Below are positions 13,371-31,314 of a stretch of 64,000 nt of DNA, one piece after another. The notes under the pieces were generated by a model. The model saw nothing but the letters and a program-made list of their open reading frames with translations, was not told where the DNA came from and did not search any database. A program made the translations under genes and the position numbers. Origin of the DNA: Lingula anatina (lineage: Eukaryota; Animalia; Brachiopoda); the NCBI GenBank assembly GCA_051362555.1, contig CM120645.1, positions 8,432,001-8,496,000 on the forward strand, given 5' to 3'. Every line of letters begins with the position of its first letter. Position 1 is the stretch's first letter.

Positions 13371-15077
13371 AAGGGTGTTTTACGAGCAATTGACATCAAT
13401 ATAAGCAGGTGTGCATTTGCAACCTCACTGAACCCTTGCCATCATTCTGAATAAGTGAGCCAGTCAGTATTTTTCACAATTTGTTTCAGGAATCTAGCAA
13501 AAAGAACAAAAAAGTAAACCGCCTTTGCGATTTTTTGTAAATCCTCTTAAACGCTATTTGGACCGTACTCGTACCGTAGACGCCCAATATAAGTCTTTGT
13601 GAACGCATCGCGTTTATCCGCAACTGTTGTCCAAGAATGGCACCGAATAATTACTGGAATCATGTGATAACGAGCTAAATAATTTTCTTTGCAAGTCATC
13701 ATTTTAGTAGTTGTTTTCGTGTTGTTCTTGGTTGAACTGCGGATAAACTGTGGTTGAACTGTGGATAAACATGTACACTAACGTGTACGTACATGTATTT
13801 CATGTGTGCGTTTTTCTTTATTTGTATGCGCAAGAGTGCAAACCTGCTGAAATTCATTTCACAATTAAAAAATTCAACATAGGGAGGGTTTTGAGCCAAA
13901 TGTGCCTGATATTATTTGTATTATCAGCCGAAGCTGACCAGGTCTAATAATGTGACGAAAAGATACAATAATGTACGGGTACTGAAGGAAAAGGCTCAGT
14001 GTGTAACCCTTCGCTTGCTTAAAAGCTAGGTTAGCCTCTTTAAATAAAAATATAATGAGCTTTATAACTAATCTACACATCATCCCGCCAAGCTTAAGTC
14101 TTTCGAACAGGACAAGGATTATAGTATTTCATCTTACCATATCATAAACAAATTATGTCATTCTTTTCTGCCTCCCCCCCCCCAAAAAAAAAAAAAAAAA
14201 TGCCAGTAACTGCATGTGATATAACAGGATGAAAAAACATAGGCTGTATTTCCAAACTAATGTATTTCTTTAAGGCAAAAGTGTGAATTAGAAAAGCCTT
14301 GAAGTTAAAAAGGTGATAATATCCAGGGGAGATGTGGATTTTTCAAAAATGCCAACACCTCTCGGTTTTAATCAGTTAAAATGTTATTATTACTCAAAAT
14401 TTGAAGTAGTTTCTTCCTCCCCTTTTTCTCATGTTTAAGCATCCCTAATCCCATGACCACACATTGTTTAGTAGTTTGACTGAAGATTTGCTGTCAGGAT
14501 TTGTTTTAATTTAGTGAAACCCAGATCAAGTTCAGTAAACTGCAGAATCAGATTATTAAGAATAAGATATTTTGCTTCAATCAACAGCTCAATATTGAAA
14601 TTGTTTGCCTCCAATTTTCCGATGTCTACTGAGTATCAGAGAATCTCCATCGGGGAAAATTGCTTTATTTTTATAACATAACACAGGTGATGTAATTCTT
14701 TAAAATATTTTCACATATTTCTGTTTTTTTCCCCACAGCCATTATTGTTCAATTTGAAATTTACAGGAAGATCTTATATTGTAAAAATGCAAGTCGTGTA
14801 CAAATATTGGCAAAACTTGTCACTTTCCTTTCAACTCTCAATCCTACAGCACTAGCACATTGCTCAGTGACTTCTCTAACACAATCAGTCCAATTGTTTA
14901 AAAATCACTACCACCTTCTCCTGTACAATTGGGTTGTCTGGGATTTTAACCGTTGCAGACACAGTGCTAGCTGATAAACAATTGGTAAACCATTCATGAA
15001 ATACTGTGAATAAAAAAATATACCCCCTCAATAAAAAGGGGGTTATACATTCAGAAATTGCTTTGATTTGTGTATTA

Positions 15078-15350
15078 GCCTAACCAGTGGATAAATTCTC
15101 CTAACGCCCATTAACTAAAAGATGGTTAAAATTGTGTTTCATAAACAATGTTTAAACAGCCAGTTAGTCAACTGGCCAGTGTTTAATTGGATGAAATATA
15201 TAAAGGTAACTTAATATTAACTGGCTGTTTAAACACTGTTTATGAAACACAATTTCAACCTTCGTTTAGTTAATGGGTGTTAGGAGAATTTATCCACTGG
15301 TTAGACTTAAACACTGGTTAGTGCTAAACGTCCTTTATGAAACTGGGCCC
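15078..15350. mobile_element. Foldback/MITE remnant with ~90-bp inverted arms
   Basis: taaccagtggataaattctcctaacgcccattaactaaa...tgtttaaacagccagtta pairs with taactggctgtttaaaca...ttagttaatgggtgttaggagaatttatccactggtta. The right end is tttatgaaactgggccc. Confidence 0.75.
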
Positions 15351-16283
15351 TGACCCTTATCTTTGTCCATTCACCCATCCACCTGTCCACCTTTCAGTCT
15401 GTCATGGTCTCACTTTATCGATGATCAGAAAAGCACCAGGCTATTAATTAACTATAAGCACGTTCACCGTGTTCCAGCACACAAAGATGCTTTGGATTTT
15501 CTTTTGAGACAGAAAAAAAAAATCACATTGCGCTTTCCAATTGGTGAGTTAGATTTTTTATTTAAAAAAGGCAAAATTCCTAGAGAAAATACTTTATTTA
15601 AGTTTAAAAAAAAAGGAGACTGGAGATTGGTTAAGTTAAGTTAATTATAAGGCATACTTAGCTACATCTAGAATGTCACACTGGTGAAAATAACACAAAA
15701 ATAAAATTCAACTAGTGCTTAAAATCTGGATTTCACATTAAGGTACCTACTAGGTTTCACTCTAAGCAAGATACCAATTGGAGATTGAGGTATCCTACAT
15801 AGCCAGCAAAGTTGACAAATATACAGACAGTCAACAGAAAAATATATCTATCATTGTGCTAAAACATGAAAATCACAATTATTGAGAAATGTGTGATGAC
15901 TTGTTAAAATAACTGAACCATGATAATGATCAAACATGAACTTACAATTTAAGTACAAATTTCAGAACTACACCATAATATCTGTATGAACCACTATTTC
16001 ATACAATCTTAGTTTACTAACAGAATGATGCTGGGAAGGTTCAAGTAAATCTACAAGAATGCATTATTAAACACGTCTTCAAGGTTTGCTTTCCAATCCC
16101 ACATTTCATTCTCAATCTTGGATACGTTTTAGTCAATATAGTTAAGTGACATTATCCAACACCCACTGAACATTTTTCACATGATACAGATCACATGATT
16201 TTGGTCACATGCCCTTAGTCACATGACCTGTTTTCGTGTTACCAGTAATAGACTTGCCCCCCCCCCCCCTTTTCTCAAATATG

Positions 16284-22879
<6,596 letters not shown>

Positions 22880-23265
22880 CTCCAATATCTTTTAAAATTT
22901 CTGTAGAATTCTAACATGCAATTTTGTTGCTACAACTGTTTGTAATTATTATTCTTATTCCTAGACGGCAGTAAAATCCAAGGAAAGACAAAAGTAAAAT
23001 AACAATTTGTTTTATGCCAAATTGATTGATGATACTAGATTGTAGTTAAAAACTTAATGATTGCCACTATAAATCATGCAAAATATATTAAAACAGCAAA
23101 TCCAATTTTTGTCGCTTCAGTTCTTTTTACAATGGGTCCTGTCTTACTTCTGCATCTCGAAAGATGGCGCTTCACTGGCGCACGCGGATTCGGTGGACGC
23201 ATGCAAGTCTCTTTTGTGCTTTCACCTGTTAATCGACAAGTTCATCATTTTAAAAACATGTAAAG
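22880..23265. promoter_or_regulatory. Bidirectional promoter and non-coding first exon of the FASTK-family gene
   Basis: The ZMYND10 ATG is at 22879 (minus). A YY1-like AAGATGGCG lies at 23161-23169 in a CpG-rich patch. A strong donor AAG|GTGAGT at 23265/23266 can splice to the acceptor at 24119/24120. Confidence 0.65.
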
Positions 23266-24211
23266 GTGAGTCGGGTCGTTAGTGTCATGAAGTATATGAA
23301 AATAATACAGAATGATAACCGGACCAGACGAGACTGCTGTCGCATGCTACTGTCCTCATACCAGATGATCATATATATATACAGTAAACTCCCCTAGCCT
23401 CAGTAGGTTGTGTATGTCTTCACTCTTCACTAAGTATATTCAGTGCCAACTGAGGCTAAGGGAGTTTATGTACTAGTATATGTTTAGGTTATGTTTTTGG
23501 CAATTTACATCTTTTGCTGCACTATTTCCCTATGTTTTAGGGAGGACGGTCTCCTTGCTGGAATTGTGAGCTTAACCACTCTCTTTTCAAAATCTAGTTA
23601 AACGCACCCCTGCAAACTTGTTAATTCAAAACCTTTGAAATTTGATTAATGTATAGTATAGATATAGAGGATACAACAGTCACACCAGCAAATAAAATAA
23701 TTTACAAAATAATCTAACCAGAATGCTTAGACTTCAAGTGGCTAAGCAAAATAAGATTGATTTGACATGCTTTCATAATATTTTAACCATTCAGACAAAA
23801 AAAAAAAAGTGATGAACAGAACAAGAAGTGATTTGCCTAAGCAGTTAAAAGAAAAAAATGCTAGCACTACCCTAACTTTTCTCCCACTATCTATCTTTCA
23901 AGCATTTGACAGGTAATCACCTTAGCCTAGGCAAGCCAGTAAGCTACTGTACTGTACCTCTGCTATGAGTTCAAGAGCCTGTAAACAAGCCAGGCAGTTA
24001 ACCATTTTAGAACAAATATTCAAATGTTTTTATTGCTGTGGCTAAAATTGCAGACTGGCAGATGTGGGAGATGACACAGTGCTTTGATTCATGAATGATT
24101 AATGTCTTGATTTTTACAGGTTGGAGCAATGGGAGAAACATCCGGGCCACCAATCCTTGAAATGAAACCACACTTAAATGATGCAAACCTTGTGAAACCG
24201 TGCTGTAAAAG

Positions 24212-27200
24212 ATGAGATTCTTGGCTCTTGCAACACTGTTACCCTTCCCAAGGGTCCTTGGTTCTCAACTTGGTTCTAGCAGAACATGTATAGGCAAGGG
24301 AAACAAGTTAGCAAGATATTCCTTCAGCTATCTTTCACCAGATGGCACCAGTAGTATTGTACAGACAAGATGTCACCTCAACATCAGGACCTCGCTGAAT
24401 AAGCAGATATCTAGGCGACGTAAGCAGTACCTCAATAGCAGCTCAGCAGATGATGTCATCAGAAATTTTGAAAGGAACAAAATGTTGATATTTGATCCCA
24501 GGAAATTTTTACAGTATTTGTGGGCTCTAGTGCGGTCAAATTCTGACAGCAACCGCAGCGGTTTTGACTTCCACTTTGTGACATTCCTGGAGATGGAAAG
24601 GCTTGAGATGCTTCAGCCCAATCAAATAAATGACATACTCATCCTTATGTCTCAGTTATCTCCAGATAAGAAAAATCAGAACATTGTTGGTCCATTGGAA
24701 GACTCTGTGTCGGCTAATTGGGCACACTGGCCCATGCTAGACAAACTCACATGTGTTGAAGCTGCCATCTATGTCCGGTACTCTTTCAACAACCAATTCT
24801 TTGAGTCTGAGATGAAACGGTTTTATGGCACTTTAGCCACTGAGGTTAAAGCCATGAAGGAAATATCTCTGGTCAAATTGTGCCGAGTCATTTCCCTTTT
24901 GCACTCCTCCAAGAATATCCTGTGGCTGGACGTGAGCGCTAAAAGATATGCTTGTTTATTATTGGATGCCGTGGAAAGCCAACTCTTTGGAAACCATCAT
25001 GTAAGTGAGACTCTACATCCTCAGGATGTTGGACTGTTCTTACAGGTATGCCATGAAGTAGACAGACCTATCTCGGCTGAGGTTCTGTCCAAAATAGCGA
25101 ACCCCAGTGTTTTGAGACCTGTGATGAATGCTGCTGACAGCAAAATGGATTGGGAATCGGCGTCATATCGATATGTGAAATGTGTGCAGGATTTATTTCG
25201 GGCGTCAAGAAAGCACCCGCCTGAAATTTATGCACTTTTGAAATTCTTTAAGGAGATGGAAGATAATGTTCTCAGTCATGTGTCATTATTGCCTGTCAAA
25301 CATGGCGTGAAAATAGCGTCTGCGTTTACCAAAGAGCGCTACTACTGCCCTAAATTAATTGACTCGCTCCTGGAGCACCAGGACATCAGACGGAATGAAA
25401 TGGGGACTGAAAGTATAGTCCAGTTTTTTCAAGTTGTAAGAGACAGTTCTTATAGGTGCGGAAAGGACTGTGTAATGACTTTAGTACATCTTTTCGAAAA
25501 AGCAGATTTTTCAAAGAGTCCTCCGCAAGAAGAGCTTTCATTTCTTGAATGTGCACTTCATCTTGGAATGAGTAGCTACTGGGGAAAACTGCTTGACCGA
25601 GTGCTGGACGAGGACATTTTCATCATAAAAGCCAGTCAGGACAGTTCCCAGTCCTCAGCTATGTTACAGATGAAGATCAATATTTGTAGTTTTCTAGTGC
25701 AGAAGTGGATAAGTGAGTATGGCAGACAACTTCTAGATATCCATGGACTTCTGTCAGAAAGTCTGCAGCAGATGGAGTTCTTTGGTGATGGTGGAAAGAA
25801 AGCAATAGCTGATGAGCTTTTGATAGTAGATGAGAATGATGATGCTCAGAATGCCCCAAAATCCTTTCAGGTAATATGTATGTATTGAAATTTGTTACCA
25901 TGCAGTTAAAGGAAAAGGAGGCATTTTTTATGTCAGAATTACAGTTTAAATTACAGTATTATCTTTATGTGACTTGCATTTATCATGCTTACAATGTTTA
26001 TTAAAATGAGATGCTATGTTTAAGAATGCTAGAATGCAATACTATGTTTTTCTAATGGTGAGAGACAAATGAGAGCAGGTAAACTACTCACTCATATCAG
26101 TTTGTTAAGGAGTTGATCCAGAAAATTATTTTTGGGCAATCCTTTTTATCGTGACTGCCATCAGAATGTATTTTATTATATTATTTCATTTCAGCCATGT
26201 AGAATCTTTATTTCATAACGAATTTATTTGAGTTTTAAGATATTTAAGTAGTATCGTAGTTTATAGTTCTTACATCCACATTTTAGGCTTTCATTTAAAG
26301 ACTGTGTATGAATTTCAAATGATATACACTGCTAAAAAATCCATTGTAATTTTTTTTTCTTCCAATACTAATTCAGCCTTCAGGGACTTGGAGTAAATGT
26401 AAGTGATTATGTTTATTTAACTATTACTAGGTAACATGTCCTAGTTCTCTAGGTAGGTCGACCAATTCTTTGGATGGATTCGAAATTTTACAAGTAGAGA
26501 GACACTGATGACATGTTCCACAATAAATCACAGCTAAATTTCTCAGATCAGGCCCGTAGCCAGAAATTTCAGAAGGGGGGTTCTTTTTCTAAAAAAAAAA
26601 ACAGACCTTTTACCATGAAACTTTCATGTACCTTAATTAAATTTCACCCAGAGAGGACCTTTTCCCTGCAAAAAGGAGGGTTCTTTCGAACCCCCTGAAC
26701 CCCCCCCCCCCCTGGCTACGGGCCTGCAGATGTTTAGTTTGATTGTCCAGAGATTACATATTCTTTTCAGAAAGTTCAGGTTGATCCTTTAGAGGCTGAT
26801 GAAGAGGTACAGCTAGAAAACCTACCTGATTCAACTGAGCTTGATCATAGAAGGGATTTTGGACTCCCAGATGACATTCTTGAGGATCGTGGCAAGGAGC
26901 AGGGGGAGTTGAGTGAAGGGCTTCAACTTCTCAAATCAGCATTGCTGTTAAAAGGATACCCAAGCAGACCTGTGCATCTCCCGTACATGAACACTAGTTT
27001 CTTGGAAATCTGCCTGGACGAGTCGGGCACACCAAGGGATGTGAATGGGCCTACAGTAGATGCCTTGGGTCTGTCAGTTAGGCATCATCAAGGTGGTTAC
27101 ACCAAGGTTGCCATACTTCCCGTCGAGCCGCAACATTATTTTATCAACTGCTATCCAAAGAAACTCATCGGTAGGTGCAACTTGGAAGGCTTAGGGTAAT

Positions 27201-29470
27201 TTCTTACACATATCAACCACCTTGCATCTTTTACCCGAAAATTCTGTAATTGACTGGTAGATTAAACAATTTCTTGTGCCAGGTTCTAAAAAACCCTGTT
27301 AGGGTTGGTGATTAAACAATATCTTGTGCTGATTTCTAAAATTTTTGTCATGTTTGATAGATAAGACACTTTCTTGTGCCACCATTTTTTAAAAATTCTG
27401 TTATGATTGGTAGATTAAACACTTTCTGATGCCAATTTTCTAATAAATTTATTGTTATAATTGATAGATTTAACCAAAAGTTTTTCAAAAGTTATACTGT
27501 TTTTTTAAAGCATATGTGCAATACAGATACGGTAAAGTCTTGAAAATTTCGTCGTTCTTGAAAATTTCGTCGGCAGACGATTTGCCGCCGACGTAATTTT
27601 TTTCCCTTTGAAAACTTCGTCGACCTTAAAAATGAGGTACTCGATAATTTTTGAAAAGTTCGTCACCAAATATGGCCGCGTTGTCCAGCTCAAACATGAA
27701 GGTAATGCGTCAGTTGATTCAAGACAATGATACGATCAGGATATCATTGCCGATAACACTCTCAATGGGAGATAGGAACAATAGTGCGCCCCTGCAAGCG
27801 GTTACTCACAATATAGATGGTTTAGATGTGAATTCCCGTTCTCAATTGCGGGAACGTCGGCCTTTTGTCTTTAGTTGCATTACTATTACCTGGCTTAAGG
27901 TGCGTTATCAAGCCGGCAAATAGAAGTCACAGGCTGCGGCTTTGTCATTTGTAACGCCGTTATTGTTATCGGCGGCTGTCCTAAATGAGGAAGACACAAT
28001 GAAAAAATCAAGATATTATCTCAAAGTGAAATGTACCCGGATAACACAATGAAAAAGTCAAGATATTATCTCGAAGTGAAATGTACCCGTCACTTCTATT
28101 CATGTCCATGTTCAATTTAGGACCATTTAACGATTACCTGGCTCGTACATGGAGATCGTTCGCAATGCGAATGGGACGAGATGGCAATTTTCATATCTTC
28201 AGCGGAGAATCGTTCCCGTAATATCGTCAACAGATCATTCGCGATCCAAACGAGACGAGAAGATAACTTTCATATATGTAGCGGACTCCGTTCGCATAAG
28301 ATCATCAGCGGGAGATGCGTTTATTATTTTCCAACATACATGAGTGATACGTAAGTCTTACTAAAATACAGGTTGAGTTTGAAGACCAGCATGATCAGAT
28401 TATTTTTTATACACAGACATATCACCTGCGAGGAGAAGCAGCCATTAGATGCTGAAACTGAAATCTTTGTCTAATTCTGGAAGGTTCCATAAATGCTAGG
28501 GACCTCTTGTTTGTTGCATTTCGTAGAGCTTGTCAATCCCAACACATTTAAAGAGTTGTGCTATATCAAAAAATATAATGTCGCAATATACAGTGTTCAA
28601 AATAAAACGTGAAATACTCAAAAATAAGCAGAGATAAGCCCATGGCTACTATTGAACTTGAATAGGAAGTTGGCAATCTAATTGTGACTTTTACTTTTAA
28701 TGACCAACTGCACTTTGCAAATTTTCCATCCCTTATATCTCCAAAACTGGCAGAGATACCACCATAGTTACTATTGAACTCTTATAAAAACTCATATGCT
28801 GGCAATCTTACTGTGACCTTGAAATTGACCTTTTACCTACTTTTCAACATGAACTAAATTTTGCAGTTTTCTGATCATTATGTCTCTAAAGCAGGCAGAG
28901 ATATGTTCTTAGTGAATATTGAAATTGAATAGGAACTCATATACTGGCAATCTAACCATGACCTTGAAATTGACTTTTGACCTACTTTTGATCATGAACG
29001 GCACTTCCCAAATTTCCAAGCTCTTATTTTTACTATTGAACTTGGATTGATTTGACCTTCTACTTTTCCTCATGATTTTGTTATGGATTGTAATTTTCAA
29101 CAAAAGAAATTGGGAACTCTAGTTTACTGCATTTTGTAGAGCTTGTCAAGCACAACAGCGAAGGTGGTGTCATTTTTTTCCCATACATCATGGTTAATGC
29201 AGCTGGTGGTACAATACCCAGAGGTGGTATCGCCTCTCTGATCCTCTATTTACATTTCATTTTGCCCTTTCTTTTTGTATTTCAGGTGAAGAAGAGGCCA
29301 GAGTCAAACATGTCAAGAATATGGGATATGAACATGTTTTGGATGTTCTCACAACACTGCCAATGGATGTTCTGAACAAGTGCCTTGCAGCTAAAATAGA
29401 GGAATGTGTTCAGAAATTTCCTGAGAAAAAGACAGAAAACTGGTGGTCCCCCCTACATAAAGAAGTATGA
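24212..29470 (+). CDS. FAST kinase domain-containing (FASTKD-family, FASTKD5-like) mitochondrial RNA-processing protein, ~747 aa
   Basis: Exons 24212-25870, 26771-27170 and 29286-29470 (intron phases 0 and 1). The protein has an Arg/Ser-rich transit-peptide-like N-terminus, a Leu-rich helical body and a RAP-like C-terminus (EICLDESGTP...KVAILPVEPQHYFINCYPKKLIGEEEARVKHVKNMGYEHV). AATAAA lies at 29983-29988. The paralog identity is uncertain. Confidence 0.8.
26549..26726. mobile_element. hAT-like MITE with perfect 15-bp TIRs and a 5-bp TSD
   Basis: TIRs caggcccgtagccag / ctggctacgggcctg; flanking direct repeat cagat at 26544-26548 and 26727-26731. Confidence 0.9.
27994..28089. repeat. Tandem duplication, 2 x ~50 bp
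   Basis: acacaatgaaaaa(a/g)tcaagatattatctc(a/g)aagtgaaatgtacccg occurs twice. Confidence 0.85.
28600..29250 (+). mobile_element. Helentron/HINE-like element, 3' part, with degenerate satellite units
   Basis: Diverged copies of the 146-bp unit, the subterminal repeat gctggtggtacaa (29202-29214) and the terminal hairpin agaggtggtatcgcctct, all as in the 47291-50784 element. Confidence 0.7.
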
Positions 29471-31314
29471 AATATACCTAAGAAGAAGCAACAAATTGTC
29501 ATAATTATTTCTTTTATGTATAGACACATTGTGTCTGAATTACGCAAATTTTCCATTCTTTATATCATGTCTGCACAAATATCCATCACCTGCGTCTGTC
29601 GTCACAGTCATCATGGTCAGTTCGTAGTTTTTCCTTGGGTAAATACAAGCTGAGTTCAGAGCTATTAAGTCACTCGCTATTAACAGGCAGCTGTTGGCCA
29701 GTGAATGAGATGACATGAAGCACACTCATTGGGATTTTCAAGATGTGACTTTGAACTCCCAAAGGTTTAGCCCTGTGCCAGATACTGTTTCTGAAAGTCC
29801 ATAATATTGAAAGTGTAACATAATTAAGAATTGGTGATAATTTTGCAGGTAAATGTTGCATGATATTGTATATAAATTAATTTAAAAAAAGGACTGTACT
29901 TTTTGTACTGTCAACATTAATAGTTGATGAATAACAGCGGACCTTATATCCTCAAATTCACTGGGGTAATTCTTGGCATATTAATAAAGTTAAATTAAAT
30001 GTTTGAATAGCAGCTTTATTGGAATATCTTTTGATACACATTTTTTGATTATCATTTTCAAGATGTGACTTTTCACCCCCATCCACCTAAAGCCCTGTAC
30101 TAGTAACATTTTCTGTATTACCACATAAGCAATGGTGGTGGTGGTGTTTAAACTGTTAAGCATTATGTTATATTATTCTGTGCAATGTCATCAATATTAG
30201 CATATTGGGATTTTCACAGACATGGCAGAAACTCTGGGGCTTTGCTGGTCCTTTGGACCAGCTGGACAAAAAATCAGGGGGTAAAGATAATTACCCCCTA
30301 ACAGCTTTACTAGGCGTGATAGACATTTAAGCCAGTTAAGTTGATAGCAGTTTAGTGAAACTCCACAGGGAGATAGATCGATCCAAATATCTGTTGGAAT
30401 AGTCCCTTAGTTACATACGCCTGTAATTTGCATTAGACCCTATGTGTGCCAAACTGGTCAAGTTAGCTGAATATGAACAAAAGTGCCCATAGGGGTAGTA
30501 GACATTATATTTATGAGGTATTATACGAAATAATGGATAATATAATATTGAAAAATCAATTTTACCCTTGGAATGTTTAAGTTCCTTTTAAGGTCAGTTG
30601 TTACTATCCTAGTCCTCTGTATGAATACTTTCTCTTGAGGAAGGTGTCAGTCCTCATAATTTAGTGATACTTTGCCCTGGTATTGTTACACATGCTTGGC
30701 AGTGAAACTAGGTCAAGAATAGAATGCACACGTGGTATGTATGTAACGCAATGAATATACAATGACTGTGCGTTATAGTGAAACCAGGGGTATTCCTGAA
30801 ATGAAAAGCATCAAGAAGAGTGGAAATAATGAGAGGCAGCTTTTTTCTTCTGATTCATCTGTAAGAATTAACATTTTATTATAATTCAAGTCAGAATTAT
30901 CCAGAATTAGTTTCACGCTTGTCAGAAAATCTTTATTCGTCCTAGAGACCAATAGCTTACTATTTTCAACCGTCCAACCTCATTTCAATCAGTCGTAATT
31001 GGCAGGACTGACAATTTCCCAATGTCTAGTATGTGAATATAAAATGTTGTGGGCTTGAAGCTGTATTCTTATCGTCTGTGTTACCTGTTGTGTACGATTT
31101 CAATTTGGTGTTGATGGACTGTACTTTTAAGCATTATTTATTATTGCATCAAAATTGACAAAATGACCCGTTTTGTGTATCTTTATTTTGTTCTTTTTGT
31201 CTGTACATTTAACATCTTTGCTGCCTTGTTTATAAGGTGTGCAGATGTTTTAAAGAATTATTTTTATAAGAATTAATATTTAATCAATTATTAAAGAGTT
31301 GATTTTTTTTCTAG

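Noticed and set aside
22926-22936. GTTGCTACAAC as an RFX X-box for ZMYND10
   Set aside because: It is plausible by position, but only one half-site fits the consensus, which is too weak to call.
23385-23469. Short inverted repeat as a pre-miRNA or structured ncRNA
   Set aside because: The ~22-bp imperfect arms and long loop are better explained as a tiny MITE remnant, with no other support.
30222-30280. ATG-containing candidate first exon (MAETLGLCW...) for the PIN gene
   Set aside because: It ends in phase 2, incompatible with the phase-0 exon at 31315. It also runs into a dispersed repeat with relatives at ~19430 and ~62540.
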